This document shows, one piece after another, positions 29,757-38,943 of a stretch of DNA of 64,000 bases. A program made the translations under genes and the position numbers. The notes beneath the pieces are model-generated. The model saw nothing but the letters and a program-made list of their open reading frames with translations. It had not been told where the DNA came from and ran no database searches. Positions within the stretch are counted from its first letter, which is position 1; every line of letters starts with the position of its first letter. Source of the DNA: Ignavibacteriota bacterium (GTDB taxonomy: Bacteria > Bacteroidota > Ignavibacteria > UBA10030 > UBA6906); NCBI GenBank assembly GCA_963752915.1, contig CAVVZZ010000002.1, positions 129,092 through 193,091 of the forward strand. The letters run 5' to 3'.

Positions 29757-30736
29757 CCGACCGGACGAATTCCCGCCACGCCGAGAAGCTCCGAACGATG
29801 ATCGACCGGCGCGTCCGTGCCCTTGCCCTGAACGGCAATTCTTCCACCCTTCGTGACGCTTGCGGCCATGTCCTCTCAGGCGGCGGAAAGCGGATCAGGG
29901 GGATGCTTGTCCTGCTTTCCTGTCAGGCCGTCGGCGGCAGCGCACGCCAGGCGCTGGATGCGGGGGTGGCGATTGAAACCATGCATGACTTCACGCTTGT
30001 CCATGATGATATCATGGACAATGCGGATTCACGCCGGGGGCGACCGACAGTCCACAAGCAATGGGACGCAAACACGGCGATCATCACCGGCGATGTTCTG
30101 CTTGGACTGGCCTATCGAAGCCTCGCCCGCACGGCGACGAAGCCCCGCGCGCAGCTTGTGGAGGTCTTTACGGAAGGGTTGATCGCTGTCTGTGACGGTC
30201 AGGCCCTCGACATGGAACTTGCCGGGAGAACAGATGTCTCACTCCCCGAATACTTTTCGATGATCGAAAAGAAGACGGGATCCCTGATCGCCACCGCGGC
30301 GGAGATGGGCGGGCTGATCGGAGGGGGATCGCCGAACGAGGTCCGGTCGCTCCGCAAGTTCGGACACTATCTCGGCCGGGCATTTCAGCTTCAGGACGAC
30401 CTGCTCGACCTGGTGGCGGATGAACAACGGCTCGGAAAGCCGATCGGGGGGGATATCGTCGAAGGAAAGAAAACGTTTCTCCTTATTTCCGCCGCGGAAC
30501 GTGCCCGGGGAAACGACAGAGACCTGATTGAGCGTGTCATGCAGCGGAAGGCGCAGCGGGAATCAATCCCCGCGGTCAAGGAGCTCTTTGACCGGTACGG
30601 TATCCTTGAGGAGGCGGGGCGGAGAATCCTCCACGATACAAAGACCGCGTCCCGGGCTCTTGAGACACTTCGAAGGTCCCCGGCCGTTGCCGTCCTCCGG
30701 TGGCTGGCCGGCGCTCTCGTCCATCGAGCATCGTGA
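29753..30736 (+). CDS. polyprenyl diphosphate synthase (geranylgeranyl/farnesyl-PP synthase family)
   Basis: First and second Asp-rich motifs DDIMD and DDLLD. ATGA overlap with the idi stop. Confidence 0.85.
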   Translation: MTDRTNSRHAEKLRTMIDRRVRALALNGNSSTLRDACGHVLSGGGKRIRGMLVLLSCQAVGGSARQALDAGVAIETMHDFTLVHDDIMDNADSRRGRPTVHKQWDANTAIITGDVLLGLAYRSLARTATKPRAQLVEVFTEGLIAVCDGQALDMELAGRTDVSLPEYFSMIEKKTGSLIATAAEMGGLIGGGSPNEVRSLRKFGHYLGRAFQLQDDLLDLVADEQRLGKPIGGDIVEGKKTFLLISAAERARGNDRDLIERVMQRKAQRESIPAVKELFDRYGILEEAGRRILHDTKTASRALETLRRSPAVAVLRWLAGALVHRAS

Positions 30737-30739
30737 GGG

Positions 30740-31009
30740 GTGATGATCGAACGCTCCGTAACAATCAAGAATCGTACAGGTCTTCATACACGTCCGGCGG
30801 CCATGTTGGTGAAGGTCGCAGCCAGGTTCCAGTCCGATTGTTTTATCCGCAAGGATTCATTTGAAATCAACGGCAAGAGCATCATCGGCGTGATGACCCT
30901 TGCAGCGGAACAGGGGTCCACGCTGACGTTCCGTTTTGAAGGGGTGGATGAGGCGGAGGCCGCCGATGCTGTCATCGCACTCGTTGAACGAGGTTTCGAT
31001 GAAGAGTGA
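30740..31009 (+). CDS. ptsH: phosphocarrier protein HPr
   Basis: 89 aa, active-site GLHTRPA (His15) and regulatory Ser region (GKSIIGVM). Confidence 0.85.
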   Translation: MMIERSVTIKNRTGLHTRPAAMLVKVAARFQSDCFIRKDSFEINGKSIIGVMTLAAEQGSTLTFRFEGVDEAEAADAVIALVERGFDEE

Positions 31010-32777
31010 TGATCCCATTATAATAGAGCACAAACCGTCCGGTGAAATCACGTTCCGGGGTATCGGCGCCGCTCCCGGCATTGCCGTCGGGCCCGCGTAC
31101 CTGTACAGCAAGGCGATTCCCCACGTCGAGATGAGAGCGATCAGTGCCGAAGAAGTGGATTCCGAGCTTGACCGGCTGAAGAGCGCGGTCGCACGGTCGG
31201 AAAAGGAACTGCAGAAAATCCTCGCCTTCGCCGAGCTGAAGCTCGGCGCGCAGAACGCGAAGATCTTCGAAGCCCAGATCATGATCCTCGGCGACAGCAT
31301 CCTGATGGGAAGCATCGAGGAGCGCATTCGCCAGGAGCTCCGCAACGCGGAATTCGTCGTCTTCGACGAGATCGGGAAATACAAAAAGCTGATGCTCGCC
31401 GCCCCCGATGAGTACATGCACGAACGCGCGCATGACGTCGAAGACGTGATGAACCGGATTGTCCGGAACATCCAGGACCAGAAGCTCTTTTCGAAGCTCG
31501 AAGGGGAGACGATTGTCGTCGCGGAGAACCTCACCCCTGCCGACACCGTGATCTTCAGCCGCAACCAGATCCTGGGCTATGCCACTGACCTGGGCGGTGT
31601 GACGTCCCATGCCGCGATCATCTCCCGCTCGCTCAAGCTTCCCGCCGTCGTGGGCCTGCGCCTCGTGACACGCCATGTCCAGACCGGCGATATCCTCGCG
31701 ATCGATGGCTATTCCGGCATCGTCGTCCTGAAGCCCGAACAGGAAACGCTGGACGCGCTTCAGCGGAAAGCCGAGCGGTTCCGGCTGTTCGAAGAACAAC
31801 TTGTCGATATCGCGCGCCTCGAAGCGGAAACCCCCGACCACCGGAAGATCGAGCTCTCGTCGAACATCGAGTTCCCCGAAGAAGTGGAATTCGCGATCGA
31901 AAAAGGGTCGGCCGGCATTGGTCTGTACCGGACGGAGAGCCAGCTTCTGGCAAAGGGAACGTACCCCACCGAGGAGGAACAGTACGAGGTCTATAAGTCG
32001 GTAGCGGAGAGCATCTATCCGCAGCCGGTGATCTTTCGGACATTCGACATCGGCGGAGACAAGGTCCTGCCGGACTCCACACGGGAGCAAAATCCGTTTC
32101 TCGGATGGCGCGGCATCCGTGTCATGCTTGACCGCCCGGAGCTGTTCCTGACGCAGCTCCGCGCGATTCTCCGCGCAAGCGTTCGGAGGAACGTGCGCAT
32201 CATGTTCCCCATGGTCTCGAAGACGCGCGAGGTGCACTCCTCCCGCGCCCTTCTCGAACACGCAAAGGAAGAACTGCGTGCGCGCGGGCTTCCGTTCGAC
32301 GAGAAGATGAAAATCGGCGTCATGATCGAAGTCCCTTCCGCGGCAATCATTGCCGACGTTCTCGCCTCCGAGGTGGATTTTCTCAGCATCGGGACAAACG
32401 ATTTGATCCAGTACCTTCTCGCTGTCGACAGGGACAACAGCTCGGTGTCCGAACTCTACCAGCAGTTCAATCCCGCAGTCATCCGCACGCTGAAAATGAT
32501 CATCGACGCCGGGCACAAGAAGCACGTCTGGATCGGGATGTGCGGCGAGATGGCTTCCGATCCGATCGCGACGGTGTTGCTGCTGGGGCTCGGCATCGAT
32601 GAGCTGAGTGTGAACCCGGCGTCGCTTCCCGAAATCAAAAAGATCATCCGTTCCGTGAAGTTCCGGGATGCAAAACACGTCGCGGACAAGATCATTGCGT
32701 TTTCGACGGAAGAAGAAATCAAAGAGTACCTGGCATCCATCGTCAAGAACAAGGTTCCGGAAATTCCACTCGAATAG
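30999..32777 (+). CDS. ptsI: phosphoenolpyruvate-protein phosphotransferase (PTS enzyme I)
   Basis: HPr-binding N domain, phosphohistidine domain (GGVTSHAAIISR), PEP-utilising C domain (CGEMA). Start overlaps the HPr end. Confidence 0.9.
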   Translation: MKSDDPIIIEHKPSGEITFRGIGAAPGIAVGPAYLYSKAIPHVEMRAISAEEVDSELDRLKSAVARSEKELQKILAFAELKLGAQNAKIFEAQIMILGDSILMGSIEERIRQELRNAEFVVFDEIGKYKKLMLAAPDEYMHERAHDVEDVMNRIVRNIQDQKLFSKLEGETIVVAENLTPADTVIFSRNQILGYATDLGGVTSHAAIISRSLKLPAVVGLRLVTRHVQTGDILAIDGYSGIVVLKPEQETLDALQRKAERFRLFEEQLVDIARLEAETPDHRKIELSSNIEFPEEVEFAIEKGSAGIGLYRTESQLLAKGTYPTEEEQYEVYKSVAESIYPQPVIFRTFDIGGDKVLPDSTREQNPFLGWRGIRVMLDRPELFLTQLRAILRASVRRNVRIMFPMVSKTREVHSSRALLEHAKEELRARGLPFDEKMKIGVMIEVPSAAIIADVLASEVDFLSIGTNDLIQYLLAVDRDNSSVSELYQQFNPAVIRTLKMIIDAGHKKHVWIGMCGEMASDPIATVLLLGLGIDELSVNPASLPEIKKIIRSVKFRDAKHVADKIIAFSTEEEIKEYLASIVKNKVPEIPLE

Positions 32778-32789
32778 GCGGAGAAGACA

Positions 32790-33839
32790 ATGACTCGCGA
32801 GCAACTCCAGAGCACCGATCCATCGAACATGTTCGACCTGATCAGAGCGTTTCCGGATCAGGCGGAAGAGGCCACGCGCATCGGCTATCAGGCCGGGGCG
32901 CGGGTCAACGTCACAGGGGTCCGCAATATCGTGCTGTGCGGACTGGGTGGATCGGCCATCGGCGGAGATTTCCTCAAGAGCTACCTGGCGGGAGACCTCA
33001 CGGTCCCCTTCAGCGTGAACCGGCATTACACCCTTCCGGCCTTCGTCGGGCCGTCGTCGCTTGTCATCATCTCCAGCTATTCGGGGAACACGGAGGAAAC
33101 CACAACTGCGCACAAGGAAGCGATCCGCCGCAAGGCGAAGATCCTCTGCATCTCCTCCAACGGCATCACGGAAAAGGTTGCGAAGGCGAAGAAGACCCCG
33201 TTCATCAAAATCCCCGGAGGCCTTCCTCCGAGGGCGGCGCTCGCCTACTCCTTCTTCCCCCTGCTGATCACTCTCGGGAAAGCGGGACTGATCAAAGACC
33301 GCAAGCGTGACATCCAGGAGACCATTGCGCTTCTGCGGGCGAAAGGACCGGCATACACCGACCTCACTCCGGAAGCAAACCCCGCCCTCGCCCTCGCAGA
33401 GCAGCTTCACGGCCGGCTCGGGGTGTTCTACTCCTCCACCGAACGGTTCGACGCTGTCAATACGCGGTGGCGCGGCCAGATGGCGGAGAACGCAAAGACG
33501 TTGACGTTCGGCAATGTCCTCCCGGAAATGAACCACAATGAGCTCGTCGGCTGGAGGGTTCTCACCGACCTGATGCGGGAAACACAGGTTGTTTTTCTCC
33601 GGGACAAGGATGACCACCGCAGGGTCCAGAAACGGATGGACGTTACCATCGGGGTCCTGCGACGATACACCGACCGGATCCGCGAAGTCCGCAGCGAAGG
33701 GCGGTCACTGCTGGCGCGGATGTTCTCACTGGTTCACCTCGGGGATTGGACAAGCTATTACCTTGCGATCCTCAACGGGATCGATCCGACGCCGGTGGAA
33801 GTCATCGACTATTTGAAGAGCGAATTGGGAAAGGTATGA
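32790..33839 (+). CDS. bifunctional phosphoglucose/phosphomannose isomerase (SIS-domain, archaeal-type PGI/PMI)
   Basis: SIS domain with GLGGSAIGGD, SYSGNTEET. About 350 aa, typical of the PGI/PMI family. Confidence 0.75.
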   Translation: MTREQLQSTDPSNMFDLIRAFPDQAEEATRIGYQAGARVNVTGVRNIVLCGLGGSAIGGDFLKSYLAGDLTVPFSVNRHYTLPAFVGPSSLVIISSYSGNTEETTTAHKEAIRRKAKILCISSNGITEKVAKAKKTPFIKIPGGLPPRAALAYSFFPLLITLGKAGLIKDRKRDIQETIALLRAKGPAYTDLTPEANPALALAEQLHGRLGVFYSSTERFDAVNTRWRGQMAENAKTLTFGNVLPEMNHNELVGWRVLTDLMRETQVVFLRDKDDHRRVQKRMDVTIGVLRRYTDRIREVRSEGRSLLARMFSLVHLGDWTSYYLAILNGIDPTPVEVIDYLKSELGKV

Positions 33840-33843
33840 GGAG

Positions 33844-33945
33844 ATGAGACTCAGCAAGGAACAACGGATCGCCGTCGTCGTCGCCGTTTTCGCGCTCGCG
33901 CTGATTTTGCTTGTCACCGTGTTCAGAAACGGCACGTCCTGGTAA
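33844..33945 (+). CDS. candidate small membrane peptide (33 aa, below the ORF-track size cutoff)
   Basis: GGAG then ATG 4 nt after the PGI/PMI stop. MRLSKEQRIAVVVAVFALALILLVTVFRNGTSW contains one TM helix. GC-rich third positions. Confidence 0.3.
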   Translation: MRLSKEQRIAVVVAVFALALILLVTVFRNGTSW

Positions 33946-34055
33946 CGGGAAATTCCGGCGGTGCGCTGCGGCCAGGAGCCACCGCCCGTGTTGCAAGTCC
34001 TGAAGATTGATACTATCTTCGAGAGATCCCTCATGAGTATCAGCGGTCTTCGACT

Positions 34056-36893
34056 GTGCAGGAGAATGTGAGCATGAAGTCCAGGACTCTGACCCTTCTT
34101 GTGCTGCTCCTGATCCCCGCGGCGGCATTTCCCCAGTTTTACTTCTTCGGGCGGAACAAAGTCCAGTACACGGACTTTGAGTGGCATGTCCTGAAGACGA
34201 AGCACTTCGACATCTACTACTATCCCGAAATGAAGGACCTTGCCGAATACGGCGCGTCCTTCGCCGAGGACAGCTATACCATCCTCGAGCAGAAATTCAA
34301 TCACTCCGTCAATTCCCGCATCCCGCTGATCTTCTACAGCTCCCACCTTCACTTTGAACAGACGAACACGACGGCCGGATTTATTCCGGAGGGCGTCGGA
34401 GGGTTCTTCGAGTTCCTCAAGGGGAGGGTCGTGATCCCCGCTGACGGGTCGATTGCGCAATTCCGGCATGTGATCCGTCACGAACTTGTGCACGTCTTTA
34501 CCACCAGCAAGATTTACCGCGTCCTTTCCGAGCACAGGAAGGCTAGCGACCGCTTCCCACCCTTGTGGTTCACCGAAGGCCTTGCGGAGTATTGGTCGTC
34601 GGACTGGGACGCCCAGGGGGAGATGGTGATGCGCGATGCCGTCCTTAACGGGACGGTCGCCGGCCTTGACGATATGGATCGGATCTACGGGTCCTTCCAG
34701 ATGTACAAGGAAGGACAGAACGCGCTGCAGTTCCTCTCCGAGCGGTTCGGAGAAGAGAAAATCCTGGGCCTCATGGAGAACTTCTGGAAGGAAAGTTCCT
34801 TCAGCGATGATTTCAAAATCACCATCGGGAAGGACTATAAGGAGTTCGATGAGGAATGGCTGTATTCCCTGCGCAAGAAGTACTATCCCCTGCTCGCCAA
34901 CGAGGACGTCCCGAGCCGCGCTTCCCGGGCGATCGCGAAGGAAGGGTTCAATTCGAAGCCTGTCGTCATGGAAATGGATTCGCTCCGCGAGGTGCTCTTC
35001 ATCGCAAACAGGACCGGCTACACCGGGATCTACGAGAAGAGCCTCTCGTCGAAGAACCCGGACGATGACGGCACGCAGATCATTGAGGGGGAACGAAGCG
35101 ATGAATTCGAATCGTTCCATCTTCTCCGCGGCAGGATTGACGTCACATCGACAGGAGTCCTCGCCTTTACGACGAAGTCCGGGGAGAACGATGTCCTCTA
35201 TCTGTACGATGTGCGGGAGGAAAAGGTCCTGCAGTCGTTCCGATGGCCCGACGTGGTCAGCATAGGATCGGTATCGTGGGCGCCGGACGGCAAGCGCCTG
35301 GCATTCTCGGCAATCGACAAGGGAGGAAAGAGCGACCTCTATATTCTGAACACCGCGAACGGCGACACTACTCGACTGACCAACGACTTCTACGACGATC
35401 GCGATCCTGCCTGGTCACCCGACGGCAACGTCATCGCCTTCAGCTCCGATCGGACGCCGGACGGCATTCGCGGTGCGTATAATCTCTTTCTGTACACGAT
35501 CGCAACCGGCTCCATCGACTACCTGACGTACGGCCCTTCCAGTGATGCATCCCCGGCCTGGTCGAAGGATGGTGCGCTCCTGGCGTTCACGTCCGACCTC
35601 GGCGGAGTGCAGAACGTCTGGGCGATCGATATGCGGCAGGATCTCGCGCGGCCGATGCGGACAATGAAGCAGATCACACGATTTACCACATCCGCTTTCG
35701 ATCCCGCCTGGGACTCGTCGGGCGACCTCGTCTTCTCGACGTTCGAAAAATACAGTTTCCAGATCCGTTCCCTCCGGAACGTCCGGAGTGCATTCGATAC
35801 CATGTCCACATCGCGGACCATCGACCTTGCGTCGCGCGAAGAACCATGGCGGCCAAAACGTATCGCAGGCTTGTCCTCGCTCCAGCGGCTCCGCTATGCC
35901 GGGGAGTACAGTCTCGACGTCGCGCAAAGCGCGATCTCGACGGACCCCGTCTTCGGAACGACGGGCGGCGCCATTCTTTCCCTCAGCGATATTCTCGGGA
36001 ACGAGGAGTACTACTTCCTGCTCTATAATACGGCACAAACACAATCAGAACTGCTTTCAAGCTTCAATGTCGCTATTTCGAGAGTGTCCCTGGGGCAACG
36101 GACAAACTACGCGTACGGAGTCTTCCGTTTTGCGGGACGGCGCTATGATATCACGGACAAAGACGAGTTCTTCTATGAGCGGGTGTTCGGCGGCTACTTC
36201 ACCTTGAGCTATCCTCTGACAAAATTCGAGCGGATCGAGGCGACAACCAGCCTGAGCAACTCTTCAAAACTCGCCGACATTGCGATCGCAGAGAGGAAAG
36301 CGCTCCTCCTGTCCAATTCGTTGTCGTTCGTCCACGACAACACCCTGTGGGGACCCACCGGCCCCCTCGACGGAAGCAGGTTCAATCTGACACTTGCCTT
36401 CACCTCCGATATTCAGTACTCGAATGTGGACTATGTGACCGTCATCGCCGACTACAGGAACTACATCCGGCTGGCGACCAGGAGCGCGTTCGCGACGCGC
36501 CTCTGGCTCTTCTACAATCACGGGAAGGAGTCCCGTCAGTTTGTGATGGGGGGGAGCTGGGACCTCAGAGGGTACCCATTGTGGAGTCTCCACGGCGAGA
36601 AGCTCTGGCTCATCAGCAATGAACTGCGTTTCCCCTTTTTGGACCAGCTTGCCTTCCGGTTTCCTTTTGGCGGCATCGGATTCTGGGGAATCCGTGGTGC
36701 GCTGTTCTTTGATACCGGTGCGGTATGGGACACGGACTACACGCAGACCCTGGGAAGCATGGGCGGCGGCGTCCGGCTGAACCTCGGAGGCCTTCTGGTG
36801 CTCAGGTTCGACGTCGGTAAGCGCATCGAGAACAACTTCACGACGATCGAACACGACTGGTTTACGCAGTTCTTTTTCGGGTGGGACTTTTGA
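34056..36893 (+). CDS. signal peptide + peptidase-MA-like (HExxH...EG) domain + TolB-like beta-propeller + Omp85-family (bacterial surface antigen) C-terminal beta-barrel ending in Phe
   Basis: HELVHV then FTEGLAEYW about 22 aa later (gluzincin-like). Repeated SPDG/PAWSxDG propeller blades. C-terminal SWDLRGYP, FFDTGAVW, GGGVRLNLGGLLVLRFDVG and terminal ...FFFGWDF typical of Omp85 barrels. Confidence 0.75.
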   Translation: MQENVSMKSRTLTLLVLLLIPAAAFPQFYFFGRNKVQYTDFEWHVLKTKHFDIYYYPEMKDLAEYGASFAEDSYTILEQKFNHSVNSRIPLIFYSSHLHFEQTNTTAGFIPEGVGGFFEFLKGRVVIPADGSIAQFRHVIRHELVHVFTTSKIYRVLSEHRKASDRFPPLWFTEGLAEYWSSDWDAQGEMVMRDAVLNGTVAGLDDMDRIYGSFQMYKEGQNALQFLSERFGEEKILGLMENFWKESSFSDDFKITIGKDYKEFDEEWLYSLRKKYYPLLANEDVPSRASRAIAKEGFNSKPVVMEMDSLREVLFIANRTGYTGIYEKSLSSKNPDDDGTQIIEGERSDEFESFHLLRGRIDVTSTGVLAFTTKSGENDVLYLYDVREEKVLQSFRWPDVVSIGSVSWAPDGKRLAFSAIDKGGKSDLYILNTANGDTTRLTNDFYDDRDPAWSPDGNVIAFSSDRTPDGIRGAYNLFLYTIATGSIDYLTYGPSSDASPAWSKDGALLAFTSDLGGVQNVWAIDMRQDLARPMRTMKQITRFTTSAFDPAWDSSGDLVFSTFEKYSFQIRSLRNVRSAFDTMSTSRTIDLASREEPWRPKRIAGLSSLQRLRYAGEYSLDVAQSAISTDPVFGTTGGAILSLSDILGNEEYYFLLYNTAQTQSELLSSFNVAISRVSLGQRTNYAYGVFRFAGRRYDITDKDEFFYERVFGGYFTLSYPLTKFERIEATTSLSNSSKLADIAIAERKALLLSNSLSFVHDNTLWGPTGPLDGSRFNLTLAFTSDIQYSNVDYVTVIADYRNYIRLATRSAFATRLWLFYNHGKESRQFVMGGSWDLRGYPLWSLHGEKLWLISNELRFPFLDQLAFRFPFGGIGFWGIRGALFFDTGAVWDTDYTQTLGSMGGGVRLNLGGLLVLRFDVGKRIENNFTTIEHDWFTQFFFGWDF

Positions 36894-36894
36894 A

Positions 36895-38061
36895 ATGCAT
36901 CATTTTTCTGCATACCGCCTACTCCTTACTGCCTACACCCTGCCGTGTTTGCTTCTGATCGGCTGCGGTGGATTGCGCATTGAGCGGACCATCATCGTTC
37001 GTCCGGGAGACATCCTGTGCTACGGCGGAAACGATGCACGTACTGCCGATTATCCGGCACCGATCGCAGATTCACTCGTCGAAAACTGGGAGAAGGACCT
37101 GTCCGCAGGGACAGGAAGCGGATCACCTTTAGTGCTCGACAGCATGGTCGTCGGAGGGACGCTGCGTGGCGACCTTTACGCCATCAACATCCGAACGGGG
37201 AAGATGATCGGGTCGGTCAAGCTCAACGATGCCGTTCCCGGATCGCCGGTCATCGACGGGAACGTCATCGTCCTTCCGATGAGCGGCGGTAACGTATCGA
37301 TCGCGGCATACAATCTCAACGACGGTCGAACAGTCTGGCGCAAGACCTATGATGATGTGGAGATGTCTCCGCTATTGATTAAAAAGCGGGTCTACTTCGG
37401 CACGATCGCGGGAACCGTCTACTGTGTTGAGCGTATATCGGGAGATCCGGTATGGAAGTTCGAGCTTCCGGAGAACCGGCGGTTCAACGGATTCCACTCC
37501 CTCCCCTCGGCAAACGATTCCCTGTTGTACTTTGGCTGTGACGACGGTGATCTCTACGCGCTGAAGATCTCAAACGGCTCGCTATGCTGGAAATCCCCGA
37601 CGGACGGGCCGATCGGCGGCGGTACTGCCATTGCGGCCGGGAGTGTGATTGCGACGACGATCTCCGGAAGCCTCTACGCATTCGACCCGGAGACGGGAAA
37701 GATCCGGTGGAAGCGTTCGACAGGAGCTCCGATCTACTCCCCACCGGCAGTGCGTGGTGACACGGTGGTTGTCGGCGGGATCGACGGCTACGTGCGAGCG
37801 TTCGACGCGACAAACGGCACAGAGTTCTGGAGGACGAATCTCGACGGCCCGGTGAATGCGGGCGCTGCAATCGCGGGGGGAAAAGTCTTCATCGGGACAT
37901 TGAAAAAGAAATTCTTCGGTCTGCGACTCTCAGACGGCGGCATCGTATTCGCCAAAGAGCTGGATGGGAGGATCAAGTCTCCCGCAGTGGTCGGGTATGA
38001 CAAAGTCCTCGTGACCACCGATGAGTTCACGCTCTTTTGCTTCGGGAGGGCGCGGCAATGA
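36895..38061 (+). CDS. PQQ-like beta-propeller lipoprotein (BamB-like)
   Basis: LLIGCGG lipobox-like signal. Repeated GxLYAxxxxxGKxxWK PQQ-propeller blades. Start 2 nt after the preceding stop. Confidence 0.75.
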   Translation: MHHFSAYRLLLTAYTLPCLLLIGCGGLRIERTIIVRPGDILCYGGNDARTADYPAPIADSLVENWEKDLSAGTGSGSPLVLDSMVVGGTLRGDLYAINIRTGKMIGSVKLNDAVPGSPVIDGNVIVLPMSGGNVSIAAYNLNDGRTVWRKTYDDVEMSPLLIKKRVYFGTIAGTVYCVERISGDPVWKFELPENRRFNGFHSLPSANDSLLYFGCDDGDLYALKISNGSLCWKSPTDGPIGGGTAIAAGSVIATTISGSLYAFDPETGKIRWKRSTGAPIYSPPAVRGDTVVVGGIDGYVRAFDATNGTEFWRTNLDGPVNAGAAIAGGKVFIGTLKKKFFGLRLSDGGIVFAKELDGRIKSPAVVGYDKVLVTTDEFTLFCFGRARQ

Positions 38062-38840
38062 AGGTCCTATCGCTCAGCATCGCGATGGTGATCGTGAGTT
38101 CTCTGGCCGGGGCGGGGACGATGGGCCCCGATTCTTCTCGGGCCGGTGTGACCGTCCGAACCCCGGGCGACAGTGCCTTCGTGGTCATCGATTCAATTCT
38201 GACGGGCTACGCGCCATTCACGGTCGATACTCTTCTGCCGGGCAGGCATGTGGTGCGTCTGCTGGCACTTCCTGTCACACGGTGGTCAGCGCGCCCGATC
38301 GCGGATACCTTCGACATATCGGCGGGAGAACACCGGAATCTTGCGTACGACCTTCCGCTTACGGTCAGGGTGTCCTCCATGCCCTCGGGGGCAACGGCCT
38401 GGCTCGGCAAATCCCTTTTGGGCGTCACCCCCTTCCTGATGCCGTCTGGAAGTCTGTATCCCGGCGACTCACTTGTTCTCAAGGCGGAGGGATACGAACA
38501 GTCTGCGGTGATTACTCCGGACACACTCGGGCGTGACATCATGGTACCCATGAACCGGTCATGGCAAGCCCAACCGCAGCAGTCCGAATTCCCAGGACTT
38601 GAAAAGAACGGGGATCGGCCGCCTTTTCACCTGATTGGGCCCATTGCGGGGACGGTCATTGCCGGAACCATCGCCGCCTACTGCAAGATCCACGCGGACA
38701 ATGTGAACGATCAGTACCTGACAACCGGAGATGGCGCGCTTCTGCGGGAGGTGCGGCACTACGACGTGATCTCCGCAATTACGCTGGTGGTTGCTGAAAC
38801 AGGGATGGCACTGCTCGCCTATTACCTCCTCAGCCCGTGA
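38058..38840 (+). CDS. PEGA-domain protein with N-terminal signal and C-terminal membrane anchor
   Basis: Two PEGA-like beta-sandwich segments (VxIDSxLxGYAPFxVDxLxPGRHVV...; VSSMPSGATAWLGKSLLGVTPF...PGDSLVLKAEGYE). ATGA overlap with the previous gene (start at the internal Met of track ORF 38037..38840). Confidence 0.65.
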   Translation: MKVLSLSIAMVIVSSLAGAGTMGPDSSRAGVTVRTPGDSAFVVIDSILTGYAPFTVDTLLPGRHVVRLLALPVTRWSARPIADTFDISAGEHRNLAYDLPLTVRVSSMPSGATAWLGKSLLGVTPFLMPSGSLYPGDSLVLKAEGYEQSAVITPDTLGRDIMVPMNRSWQAQPQQSEFPGLEKNGDRPPFHLIGPIAGTVIAGTIAAYCKIHADNVNDQYLTTGDGALLREVRHYDVISAITLVVAETGMALLAYYLLSP

Positions 38841-38868
38841 TAGAATTCTGTGGCAATGCATGATTTCC

Positions 38869-38897
38869 TTGACTTTGTAGAATACACCCCCTATATT
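38869..38897 (+). promoter_or_regulatory. sigma70-type promoter TTGACT-N17-TATATT upstream of the crp/fnr-family regulator
   Basis: Exact 17-nt spacer, about 46 nt before ATG 38944. Confidence 0.5.
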
Positions 38898-38943
38898 TTC
38901 CGGAACGTGTGCGTCTGACCGTACGATCGTTCATCCCCAACAA

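Noticed and set aside
30972-33617. 881-aa minus-strand ORF antisense to ptsI and PGI/PMI
   Set aside because: The plus-strand genes have unmistakable family motifs. The antisense product is Arg/Asp/Gly-rich with no motifs. Long antisense ORFs are expected at this GC content.
33961-34010. Candidate promoter TTGCAA...TACTAT upstream of the Omp85-fusion operon
   Set aside because: The spacer is 14 nt with TTGCAA as -35, or 17 nt only with a weak GTGTTG -35. It does not fit the otherwise exact 17-bp pattern.
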